This document shows, piece after piece, positions 28,024-39,325 of a stretch of 64,000 nucleotides of DNA. The stretch's first letter is position 1, and each line of letters opens with the position of its first letter. The DNA is from Octopus sinensis. Taxonomy: Eukaryota. Location: NCBI RefSeq assembly GCF_006345805.1, contig NC_043003.1:95108001-95172000 (forward strand), given 5' to 3'. A model generated the notes under the pieces. It had not been told where the DNA came from, ran no database searches, and saw nothing but the letters and a program-made list of their open reading frames with translations. A program made the position numbers and the translations under genes.

Positions 28024-28570
28024 GAGAGAATATTAATAGTTCATGAATAGAATAAGAAGGGAGAGAACTGGGAGATTATATACTGATCAAAATTACCAGG
28101 GCAAGTCTCATTATGTCTTCTTCATTTAGTCTTTCAACAAGTGTTTGTTTGGATTGTCATCCATCCACTTTACAATAAGAATTACAATAAGGATAAAACT
28201 CAAATATCGCAATAATTTTTCATTACCATTCTCTGGTCAAAATAAAGATTCATCTGAATGTTTTCTTTTCTTCTTTGGAATTTTATTGCTATATAATAAC
28301 TGTTAATGATAATGTTTCTGGGGTCCAACAATATTTAACTTCTTTTTCATTGTTCCATTACAAATATTTGATGACAACTTTTGCATTCCTGGATTGTGGT
28401 TTCTTTCATTTATAAAAATTCTATAGAAGACACGACTTCCTTCAAATGAGATCAGGAAAAAAAAAGGAGATATTTCACAGTTTTAGATGGCTTCAGGCGA
28501 ACCTATGTTGTGGTTTAACAACTTCTATTTACTAAGGCAGATATAGAAATAATCACGCACACTCACATAC

Positions 28571-28950
28571 ATCATCATCATCATCATCATTTAACATCCG
28601 CTTTCCATGCTAGCATGGGTTGGACAATTTGACTGAGGACTGGTGAACCAGATGGCTGCACCAGGCTCCAATCTTGATCTGGCAGTGTTTCTACAGCTGG
28701 ATGCCTTTCCTAACGCCAACCATTCCGAGAGTGTAGTGGGTGCTTTTACGTGCCACCAGCACGAGGGCCAGTATGGTGGTACTGGCAATAACCTCACTCG
28801 AATGTTTTGTTCATGTGCCACTGGCACATGTGTCAATGAGGCAACGCAGGTAATGATCACGCTCAAATGGTGCTTTTTACATGCCACTGGAAAGGAAGCC
28901 AGACAGCTGTTAGCACTCCACTGGCATGGGTGCCAATCATCAAATTTGGT
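28571..28950 (-). mobile_element. RTE 3' tail fragment
   Basis: Same (CAT)n-TTAAC[G/A]TCCGC tail as other RTE copies. Confidence 0.8.
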
Positions 28951-28983
28951 TCAATTTCCGTATATATATATATATATGTATAT

Positions 28984-29550
28984 ATTTAAATGATGAGGGA
29001 GATATACACATGTATTAGAATTTTCTCTGATTTTTCAGATTTTTTGTATGGTAGACTACTGGTTTTAAATTGATATTAAAATTAATATTAATTTATCTCC
29101 CTCATTATTTAAATATTGAAATAAATACGTTCTCTAGTAGCAAGCACTAACCGCAGTGAATTATTTACTGCAGTTCTTCACTTCAGGAATTTTTTAGCGC
29201 ACCGGAATTAAGACATTTGAAATTTTATCCCTAATGTAATCATAAAACTAAACACGTGTCTGTTTTGGCACAGAAAGCTGGGGTTAGTTTTTTCAGAATG
29301 CATTTACACTGAACGATTGTACTGATGAGGCCACGGACATTTGAATTATGTAAGTAATTCTTTTGTTAAAGGCCGAAACCGAGGTATGCAATTAATTCTG
29401 ATTTTTATATAAATTTTCATCTGTCCTGCCCGCCAAATTTGGTTCTGGTGTTCGCTGAATTTTTCCTCTAGAGAACTTTCTTTGTAGTTTGATCGTTGAT
29501 GATCTATTTCTAGCATGCGGCCGACTACCTAGCAGTCTTGCCCTGTCAAC
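28984..29550 (+). mobile_element. PLE pLTR-derived element in (TA)n with short 5' inversion
   Basis: ATTTAAATGATGAGGGAGATA (28984) is inverted at 29094-29114; contains a canonical hammerhead; TA-rich tracts on both sides. Confidence 0.65.
29316..29392 (+). ncRNA. Type-I hammerhead ribozyme (canonical core)
   Basis: ATTGTA-CTGATGA-GGCC-(38-nt loop)-GGCC-GAAA-CC-GA-GG-TA^TGCAAT; stems I, II and a short III all pair; predicted cleavage after 29386 (GUA). Confidence 0.8.
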
Positions 29551-29595
29551 ATATACATATATATGTATATATATATATCCACATATATAATTATT

Positions 29596-29660
<65 letters not shown>

Positions 29661-29747
29661 GTAGGTCCCGGGTTGATTCGGGGTTAACCACAGTAAATAA
29701 GGTACTCAATACATAGCAGAGTAAAATTAATTTATTATATAGAAGGA

Positions 29748-29796
29748 GCTTCTACAGGACTAGAACTGTTTCATTCAAGAGAAATCATCAGGAAGC
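29748..29796 (-). ncRNA. Type-I hammerhead ribozyme (canonical core)
   Basis: Minus strand GCTTC-CTGATGA-TTTC-TCTT-GAAT-GAAA-CAG-TTCTAGTC-CTG-TA^GAAGC; U.U mismatch at the base of stem II; lies within inverted repeat 29734-29860. Confidence 0.7.
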
Positions 29797-29853
29797 ATTT
29801 CTCTTGATGATTTCTCTTGAATGAAACAGTTCTAGTCCTGTAGAAGCTCCTTC

Positions 29854-29904
<51 letters not shown>

Positions 29905-30095
29905 TATAGTTTCAGCCTGCTTAGTCTTCAAGCTCATGAGTGTCAACTCTGTTCTTGTAAAAGAATAACAAGCATATACTCTACAAAAAGTATTTATTAA
30001 TCCTTTAGTTTCATATAAAACTGTGTTTTTATTATAATTCCACATAAAAACAAACATTAACATATATGTGCGTGTGTGTGTGTGCGCACACATAT

Positions 30096-30125
<30 letters not shown>

Positions 30126-30126
<1 letters not shown>

Positions 30127-30311
30127 CTTTATTTAAAAGCAGTTACTCGGAGTTTCACGCTCCCATTCGTCAGACAGAACGGGAGCGTGAAACTCAGAGT
30201 AACAGGTTTTGTTGAATGTCTACTGCTTTTAAATAAAGCATATTACTCTACCCCTGGTATTTGAGTACTCTTTTTTTCCACCTTGTTTCACATTTATGTG
30301 TTTACTCCGGC
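30126..30311. mobile_element. PLE pLTR fragment with inversion and split hammerhead
   Basis: Minus 30177-30142 reads CTGT-CTGACGA-ATG-GGAG-CGT-GAAA-CTC-C-GAG-TA-AC; plus 30179-30205 reads ACGGGAGCGT-GAAA-CTC-A-GAG-TA-ACAG; (TA)n on both flanks. Confidence 0.65.
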
Positions 30312-30443
<132 letters not shown>

Positions 30444-30896
30444 TATACATATATATATGTATATATTTAAAAAGTGTACATTTAAACACAAGAGAAAACT
30501 ACCTTTAATAAGGTAATTTTTACATGCTAGAAATAGCAGCCAACACAGCCAAAACCATGATTTAATAGCAATTTTCGAAGGGATTGAAAAATAAAAACTT
30601 TTACTTTGTTATTTATTATCGGTTATACTATGGTTTCGAAATTTCTTTAGCAAACAATATTATTTGCCATCCTTTAATAGGTAATTTAGCAAAACAATAT
30701 TATTGCAAGGCAAATTTCTCGTCAGTAACCGACCTCAATAACTAACTTATGAATATGTTGTCTATTGACTATTTATACATGTTAGACAACTGGTAGTGAT
30801 ATTTATAACGAATATTCGCTACCCTATATATGTATCTTATGTATATATATATATATATATACACGCACACACACACATACACACATATATATATAT

Positions 30897-31215
30897 AGGG
30901 TAAAAGGTAAAGACCCACTAAGAAACTTCCCCTCCGAGGCACAAGTCCAGGAAGGTTGTTGATGGAAGACCAACAGTCATGCTTCCATACCAGTCTCCCC
31001 TCTCCACGCCACCAATGTTATCCAAGGGAAAGGCAAAGGCTGACACAGCTTGGCACCAGTGATGGCGCAACTCATTTCTACAGCTGAGTGAACTGGATCA
31101 ATGTGAAATTAAGTGTCTTGCTCAAGAACACAACACAGAGCTTAGTCCAGGAATCGAACTCACTACCCCATGATTGTGAGCTCTAGCCTCTAACCACTGA
31201 GCCATGTGCCTTCAC
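30897..31215 (-). mobile_element. SINE family C
   Basis: Matches 6150-6450; tRNA-like head at the right end. Confidence 0.75.
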
Positions 31216-31643
31216 ATGTGTTTGTGTAGGTGTGTGTGTGTGTGTGTGTATGTGAGCACACATGTGAATGAATGAGTGTGAACACATATAAAGATATCTG
31301 TGCTTTGTTCAAATTTTCTCTCTAAAGGATATAATCAAATTTTCTCAGAATTTCTACCAATTATGCTGAATTCTAAATTTGCACCGAACATGTTTTCAAT
31401 TGTTTTGCAATGGCTGTATCAAGCATTGTTCTTTGTCATTGATTTCTGTGCTCTTCGTGCTTTTTAACAGTGTGTGCAAATTTCATCTACAGATGCATGC
31501 ACTTTTATATATGTGTGTGTGCATAGTGTAAGTCACTGTTATATGTGCATATATATATCCAAGATAGAAAATGTTTGTTGGTTTATTGCATTATTCATAT
31601 ACATTTTTCATCAAATATTCACATTGTTATAATATGTATATGC

Positions 31644-31734
<91 letters not shown>

Positions 31735-31972
31735 TAATAATTGTTAATAAATTATAAAAATATGGTAAAGTAAAAAAATTCACTTTACCACACACCGAAC
31801 TTTTCAGAAATAGCAGCCAAAAATTTGGCTATTTCTTCAACGGGAATAATAGATCTCATTCGTATTTTTGGATTCGCTAGTACTGGGTGTCTGGCATGGT
31901 TTGTCCGATGTTACAGATATCGGACGGGTATGTTTGATTCTTAGTATTTTCAAATCTAAATCAGAAGAAATC

Positions 31973-32034
31973 TCTGAGCTGATGAAGGAAAAGTGGCGTT
32001 TTACCCACAAATCCAGAAACAGACTGTCCTCGGG
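31973..32034 (+). ncRNA. Minimal type-I hammerhead ribozyme, copy 1
   Basis: TCTGAG-CTGATGA-A-GGA..GTGG..CCAC..TCC-A-GAAA-CAG-A-CTG-TC^CTCGGG; GUC site after 32028; 1-nt loop III. Confidence 0.7.
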
Positions 32035-32532
32035 TATCGTATATGGATGTGATCTTTCATTGTTTTTCCCTTATACCTATGTGAGTTATTTTCTGAATAT
32101 GCATTGTCTGGAGACTTTTATTTGCAGTTGAAGAAATAGCCAAATTTTTGGCTGCTATTACTGAAAAGTTCGGTGTGTGGTAAAGTGATTTTTTTTTCTT
32201 TACCATATTTTTATAAATTAATACTTCAAATATACCGTAAATGGTCTTTACATACCGAATACTGCTTGGTCGAATTTATTAACAATTAATTAATTCTACC
32301 CCTTTTTTACTGACAATATAATGCTTTCTCTCCAAGAATTTGAACTACAGTTTTTACCTCTGTAGAAATGTACTACACTATGACTCACGTGGGTGGACAG
32401 GGAGAATAATAGATCTCATTTGTATTTTTGGATTCGCTAGTACTGGGTGTCTGGCATGGTTTGTCCGATGTTACAGATATCGGACGGGTGTGTTTGATTC
32501 TTAGTATTTTCAAATCTAAATCAGAAGAAATC

Positions 32533-32594
32533 TCTGAGCTGATGAAGGAAAAGTGGCGTTTTACCCACAAATCCAGAAACAGACTGTCCTCGGG
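32533..32594 (+). ncRNA. Minimal type-I hammerhead ribozyme, copy 2
   Basis: Identical to 31973-32034; GUC site after 32588. Confidence 0.7.
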
Positions 32595-32776
32595 TATCGT
32601 ATATGGATGTGATCTTTCATTGTTTTTCCCTTATACCTATGTGAGTTATTTTCTGAGTATGCATTGTCTGGAGACTTTTATTTGCAGTTGAAGAAATAGC
32701 CAAATTTTTGGCTGCTATTTCTGAAAAGTTCGGTGTGTGGTAAAGTGAATTTTTTTTCTTTACCATATTTTTATAA

Positions 32777-32817
<41 letters not shown>

Positions 32818-32837
32818 ATATTATATATATATATATA

Positions 32838-33562
32838 GAACTTCTGAAATTGAGGGCCCAAACGAATGAGGATAAAATAAAATCCACCGATGAAGATATC
32901 AACGAAGAAATTCGCAAAATGACCCAAGGCCCAGATCAAGAGAAGTTCTCCAAACTATGGAAAGAGGACTGTGAAAAAGAAGAACTAAAATCTCTCCAAC
33001 GCTGGGAGAAAAGCGCCACTTGGTTCTCAGACTATGAAGCCGTCTTTCAAACAGAGCACGCCTCCAACAACCCTTTCCAGAAAATAAGAAAACCAAAACA
33101 ACACCCAAACACCGATACACACCTGTCTAAAAATCGGAACCTTCACTACTATCAAAAAAAGAATACAGGACCTAACCCTAACTCTGTAAGCAGCCAGCGA
33201 TACAATATCAGGAATACCCCCACTTCAAGCAGAGAAAGGATAAATCAACACCCACAGCATAGACACTGCAACCTCATCCCCACCCAAAGGAGTTACCAAC
33301 GAAATCTTCGTCCCATTAACGGTTAAACAACCATGCACAACAAACCCACACCACTTGCAATGATTACCAACGAAGGCCTCCTAGAACACCACACCCGAAT
33401 ATGGGATATCGGGATGCTCTCCTCAATACTGCTCCAAGAACACACACCATAAATCACAACAGGAGACCCCTAATCAACAAAGAACAACTATATACTAGCT
33501 ACCATCCCAACCACCGCATTCAATTTTTAGACCCAATACGCAAACACAGAGACACAAGATAG
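32838..33562 (+). pseudogene. PLE upstream ORF (coiled-coil then low-complexity), truncated, one frameshift near 33320
   Basis: Frame 3 ELLKLRAQTNEDKIK...LWKEDCEKEELKSLQRWEK to TAA 33326; continues in frame 2 (DYQRRPP..GYRDAL..IQFLDPIRKHRDTR*) to TAG 33562. Confidence 0.55.
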
Positions 33563-35852
33563 CACCAAACAAGCAGGAGGAACCAAAAGTAATAAAAATT
33601 ATTAATCTAACTCACAAGGAAATAACAGCAAACCAAATAAACATACTTTCCAAAGGACTCAAGTTTACACCCACCCCACAACACCCCAACTACAATGAAA
33701 TGAAAGAAGACATCGCAGAATTCTGCAGAAAATTAAGACTTACTGAGGAGCTATACGATAAATACAATGAGGACGAATCGTTAGCCAGAAATAGGAGTAA
33801 CTACACCCCCTCGAAAGGTAAGAATAAAACACTTGATGATTTCTGTGACCACATATCAAATTACCCATATCAACATATGCACAAACAAAAACACAAACCA
33901 AACTTCAGCAAAAAAGAATGGGCTGAGTTGAACAAATTAAAACTAGATAAAACAATAACAATCAAAGAGGCCGATAAAGGGAGTGCTGTTGTCTTAATGG
34001 ATACGACATTTTACATAACTTTGGTACTTTCTATGCTGGAAGACACAACATACTATGAAAAGGCACAAAACTACAGTCAACAAAAAATAATGAGGGAACT
34101 AAAATCCATATTAAACCCATACAAAGCAGGGCTCACCGACAAAGAATATGATTATATGACCAATTTCACAAGTAAAACTAGCCAATTCTACGGTATACCT
34201 AAGATCCACAAAAGTGAAAAAATAAGCAACGCATGCAAGATAGCTACAGACAAAATAATTAAAGTCCCTAATCCTAATGACCTCAAATTGAGACCCATAA
34301 TAGCAGGTCCCGCATGCGAAACCCACCGCCTCAGTAACTTTTTAGACACCCTGTTAAAACCACTCCTCAAGCATGTCAAAAGCTATATAAGGGACGACTT
34401 AGATATGCTCAATCACCTACCGAATACTATAAGCAAAAACACCATACTGGTATCCTTCGATGTAGTCAACCTCTACTCCAATATCCCCCACAACCTAGGA
34501 CTAGAGGCAATCCAATTCTGGCTAGAGAATCACGCCAACGAACTACCACACCGCATCAAAAAAGAATTTGTGATGGAAGGGGTTAAATTCATCCTGGAAA
34601 ATAACTTCTTCGCCTTCAATGACAACTTCTACCGACAAAAATCGGGGACTGCGATGAGTACACGAATGGCCCCCTCCTTTGCCAACCTAGTCATAGGATA
34701 CCTAGAGATCAGTCTGTATCGTAAGGTTCTAGAAAGATATGGCAGCCCTTTCTCCATCTACATAGAAAACAACTGGAAGAGATATCTAGATGACTGTTTC
34801 ATCCTTTGGCATAAAAATATAGAAAAACTCATAGAATTCCAGAAAATTTTAAACGGACTGGACGTAAACATCCAATTCACGATGGAATATAGCCACAACA
34901 ACTCCCCTTCCTCAATATCCTCATTAAGAAAGCTAATAATATAATAGAAACAGACATATACTATAAGCCTACAGACTCTAAGCAATATCTTCCATTCAAT
35001 TCATGCCACCCCAGACACACCAGGATGAATATCCCCTTCAATCTAGCAAAAAGGATATGCACTATAGTCTCTAACGCAAACACCAGAGACACACGACTAC
35101 AAGAACTAAAAGATACCCTAATCACCAGGAACTATCCACCTTCACTTATTGACAAGTGCATTCAACGTGCCCTTCAACTTAACATCAAGGAACTGAGACA
35201 TCCCAAATCAAAGAAAAACTTACAACCAAAAGCCTTACCATACATCTCCACACACAACCCTCTCAATAACGAAGCCTTCGACACCATCCTCCACAACATA
35301 CCCCTCCTAAAAAAAGACCACAGAATGAACACAATCCTCCAAACACACACAATCATAAAAAGCAAAAGACAACCTAGATCCATGAAAAGTCTCCTTACAC
35401 AAGCCCGAATTCACTCTTCAACACAGAAGCCGACAGTAAAGAAATGTGGAAGACCCAATTGCGGGATATGCGACTATCTAATTGAGGGATCAGAGTTCTC
35501 CTTCAAACAGGGACAACGGTTTACAGTGAAAAGCAACTTCACATGTACTTCGGAGAACCTAATATACTCACTAACCTGCTCCGGGTGTCAAGAGCAGTAC
35601 ATAGGCCAAACAAAAAATGGTTTGCGTAAACGAATGGCCCTGCACAGATCCCAGATAAAAATTCCCCAAAACAGAAAAATAGCTTTTAGCCAACACATAG
35701 ATACTTGCGCCAACAAAAAAACACCAAACTTCAGAATTTTCCCCCTCTACCAATTTAGGGACGATACAACCTCGAGACAACGAATAAGTAAAGAAAATCT
35801 CTTTATTACAAAATACAAGCCACTTCTTAACGGGTCTACGACAAACAATTAA
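33499..35852 (+). pseudogene. PLE reverse transcriptase - GIY-YIG endonuclease polyprotein, frameshifted near 34900
   Basis: LSKGLKFTPT, KEADKG, FYGIPKIHK, LRPIIAG, SFDVVNLY, GTAMST, RYLDD motifs. After the frameshift: TDIYYKPTDSKQYL, CGRPNCGIC, NLIYSLTCSGCQEQYIGQT. Confidence 0.93.
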
Positions 35853-35957
35853 TATACCTCAACTTTAGAATAAAAGAAAAATATATATACACACACAAAT
35901 ATTACACTCCATAGAATCCATTACTAATCAGCCCCTTCATAGCTATACTTACACCCT

Positions 35958-36225
35958 TTCATATTCTCCCTTCTCTGTTTTTTTCTTCTTCTTCTTCTTC
36001 CTCTTCTTCTTCATCATCATCATTATCATCATCATCGTCGTCATCATCATCACCACCATCATCACCATCTTCTCCTTCTCCTCCTTCTTCTTCTTCTTCT
36101 TCATCATCATCATTATCATCATCATCATCGTCATAATCATCACCACCATCACCATCATCGTCATCTTCTCCTTCTCCTTCTTCTTCTTCTTCTTCTTCTT
36201 CTTCTTCTTCTTCTTCTTCTACTTC
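35958..36225. repeat. (CTT)n/(CAT)n trinucleotide block in PLE 3' UTR
   Basis: Directly visible. Confidence 0.9.
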
Positions 36226-36578
36226 TCCACCCCCTACCCCTTAACTTTGTCACTAATGTTTTTTAGTATAACACCTACGCTAATTCTATAAACAAGCCTG
36301 TCAATATAAATATTCTCCTGAATTGAACTGAGACTGCCAGCCGCCACTGACCATTCAAAATACGACCATCAGGGCACTCCCAGTTTCTCCCACCCCCCTT
36401 TCCTCACCAGCCTTCTTCCTCTACTACCCTACCAAGAACTCACAACGACCTCCAACACTCAAGTGCAAACAAGGGAGTCAGAGAAAGGCAGAATGCCACT
36501 TAAATCTGAACACTACTATAGAAATATTCTTTTAAAAAAACTTTTCTTCTAATTTTTCTAAATTTAATTATTTAATCG

Positions 36579-36622
36579 TTACAGTTGAAAAGGTCTCAAA
36601 ATGACCGAAACCGGTACTGAAA
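36579..36622 (+). ncRNA. Minimal type-I hammerhead-like motif, U3-A8 core variant, at PLE 3' end
   Basis: TTACAG-TTGAAAA-GGTC-TCAAAAT-GACC-GAAA-CCGG-TA^CTGAAA; palindromic stem III ACCGGT. Confidence 0.65.
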
Positions 36623-36840
36623 TGTTCACTATAAAATTATTTTAGCATTTTCTATTTTTGACTTGTTTTTTCATATATATATATATATATGCATATATAT
36701 ATATGCATATATATATATATCGAAATTGCGAGGATGATCCGGTTCTTGACTAAAGATTGAGGGCTTCGAATGTCCCATCCGGGTTTTTTGTATCGTCTTC
36801 TAAATGTTTTGCGTTTTTGTCCCAGTTTGTATTTTTTTAC

Positions 36841-36874
<34 letters not shown>

Positions 36875-36954
36875 ATATATACACATACAAATACATATAC
36901 ATATATACATTCATATATGTATGCATATGTATGAAAGTATATATATATCTATAT

Positions 36955-38083
36955 CATCATCATTCTCATCATCATCATCATCATCATCATCATTGTTTAA
37001 CGTCCGCTTTCCATGATAGCATGGGTTAGATGATTTGACTGAGGACTGGCGAACCAGATGGCTGCACCAAGCTCCAGTCTTAATCTGGCAGTGTTTCTAC
37101 AGCTGGATGCCTTTCCTAACACCAACCACTCCGTGAGTATAGTGGGTGTTTTTATGTGCCACCGGCATGAGGGCCAGTCATGCAGTACTGGCAATGGCCA
37201 CACTCAAATGGTGCTTTTTTATGTGCCACCTGCACAGGAGCCAGTCCAGTGGCACTGGCAATGACCTCACTTGAAAGTTTTTCAGGTGCCACCGGCACAA
37301 GTGCCAGTAAGGCGACGCTGGTAACGATCACGCTCAAATGGTGCTTTTTACGTGCCACCAGCGTCGAAGCCAGTTAGCCGCTCTGGCAATGATCAAGCTC
37401 AGATGGTGCTCTTAGCGCTCCACTAGCCTGGATGCCAGTCATCGAATTTGATTTCGATTTCGATTTCATTTGCCTCAACAGGTCTTCCCATGCAGAGTTT
37501 AGTGTCCAATGAAGGAAAGGTATGCATAAGTGGGCTGGTTACACCCCTGGCATAGGCCACGTGGTTATGGTCTCATTTGGCTTGCTGGGTCTTCTCAAGC
37601 ACAGCATATTTCCAAAAGTCTTGGTCACTAGTCATTGTCTCGGTGAGGCCTAATGTTCATCCCAGGTCTTCTTGGGTCTACCTCTTCCACAGGTTCCCTC
37701 AACTGCTAGGGTGTGGCACTTTTTCAAACAGCTATCCTCATCCATTCTCGCCACATGACCATACCAGCGCAGTTGTCTCTCTTGCACACTACATCTGATG
37801 CTTCTTAGGTCCAACTTTTCTCTCAAGGTACTTACACTCTGTCGAGTATGCACACTGACATTACACATCTATCGGATCATACTGGCTTCATTCCTTGTGA
37901 GCTTACACATGTCCTCAGCAGTCATGACCCATGTTTCACTGCCATGTAGCATGGCTTTTCGTACACATGCATCATACAGTCTGCCTTTTACTCTGAGCGA
38001 GAGGCCCTTTGTCACTAGCAGAGGTAACAGCTCTCTGAACTTTGCCCAGGTTATTCTTATTCTAGCAGCTACACTTTCAGCAC
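36955..38083 (-). mobile_element. 5'-truncated RTE LINE
   Basis: ORF 37650-37868 ERQLRWYGHVARMDEDSCLKK..GRGRPKKTW; 3' UTR with internal GTGCCAC repeats and (GAT)n tail. Confidence 0.9.
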
Positions 38084-38905
38084 ACCCAATTCAAAAGTCA
38101 AGGAAAGAATCAACAGATTCTTGTCCCAGCTGACCTGGGCCCTTGGAAAGGAAGCTTCGCTGTTTGAAAAGAATTGTGAAAAACAAACCCCATTCAAAGG
38201 CTTCTGATATTGCAAAACAGCTAGAAGTTAGTCCAAGAACATGTGTTACATATCTGCATAAGCTTAGATATTATGGAAGAGCCGCTAGAAGAAAACCTCT
38301 CCTTCAACCAATTAATATCATGAAAAGAAAGAAATGAGGAGATGCCAGAAAAATCTAGTTCATTTTAGGATAGAGTGATTTTCTCAGATGAACCAGATTT
38401 GCGTTATTTTCAGACAGTAGACTTGTTTGGGTCTGGAGGCTTCCCAATCCAGAATTTGATTTGAGACAACTCCAACCAACTGTGAAACATGGTGGTATCA
38501 CTGTGATGGTATGGGGAGCTGTCACCAGTAATGGCCGTTCTGAGCTGATTGAATGTGTTGGAACCATAAACTCTGCAAAATACATTCAAATACTTAAGCA
38601 AGGACTACTTCCAATGTATTCACATAGTACCATAACGAAAAATTAGTTTTTATTCATGGAAGATGGGGCTCCATGCCATACAGTGAAAAGGAATCAACAA
38701 TGACTGACTGAAAATGAGATGAAAAAGCTTACTTGGCCCAACCAATCTCTTGACATGAACCCAATTGAAAATCTTTGGAGTATATGAGATAGAGCTATAG
38801 GAAAAACTCGACAGAAACCTAAAGTTAAAGGTGAATTCTTTTGATTGTTGAATGAAAAGTGGGCAGAAATTCCACAAGGCTCATCAGTTCAATGCCAAAA
38901 GACAT
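38084..38905 (+). mobile_element. Tc1 (DD34E-type) transposase pseudogene fragment
   Basis: [55 protein letters not shown], with stops and frameshifts. Confidence 0.88.
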
Positions 38906-39325
38906 GACATGTCGGGAGGATTTGCCAGAGCAGGGCCAATCCATAACATTACATGACATGTCAGATTCGCCAGAGGGGCAGGGCCAACCCATAACATTGC
39001 ATGACATGTCAGAGATTCGCCAGATGGGCTGGGCCAACCCATAACATTACATAACATGTCAGATTCGCCAGAGGGGCAGACCCAAACCATAATATTATGT
39101 GACATGTCATTTGCCAGAGGGGCAGGGCCAATCCATAACATTACATGACATGTCAGAGATTCGCCAGAGGGGCAGAGCAAGCCCATAACATTACATGACA
39201 TGTCAGAGATTCGACAGAGGGGCAGGGCCAGCCCATAACATTATGACATGTCAGATTTGCCAGAGGGGCAGGGCCAATCCATAACATTACATGACATGTC
39301 AGGGATTCGCCAGAGGGGCAGACTG
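38902..39325. repeat. 48-50-bp minisatellite, ~8-9 copies
   Basis: Unit CATGACATGTCAG(AG)ATTCGCCAGAGGGGCAGGGCCAACCCATAACATTA. Confidence 0.95.

Larger units (their letters stand above)
31730..32780 (+). mobile_element. Non-coding PLE/retrozyme-like element: 560-bp-period direct repeat plus 5' inverted segment
   Basis: 31843-32219 is nearly identical to 32403-32780; 31730-31840 is an inverted copy of the 32127-32298 region with a deletion; (TA)n on both flanks. Confidence 0.8.
32838..36672 (+). mobile_element. Penelope-like retroelement (EN+, Zn-finger-linker type such as Neptune/Naiad), 5' truncated
   Basis: Upstream ORF, RT and GIY-YIG, then a 3' UTR with (CTT)n/(CAT)n and a terminal hammerhead-like motif; (TA)n on both sides. 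Confidence 0.92.

Noticed and set aside
31868-32691. Duplicated 87-aa ORFs
   Set aside because: TTG start, no recognisable domain; they merely reflect the tandem pLTR repeat
33499-35852. Selenocysteine (UGA) recoding as described for some Naiad PLEs
   Set aside because: No in-frame TGA seen in the RT/EN frames; the interruptions are frameshifts
38902-39325. CRISPR-like regular repeat array
   Set aside because: Units are contiguous with no unique spacers, there are no cas genes and the context is eukaryotic: a minisatellite
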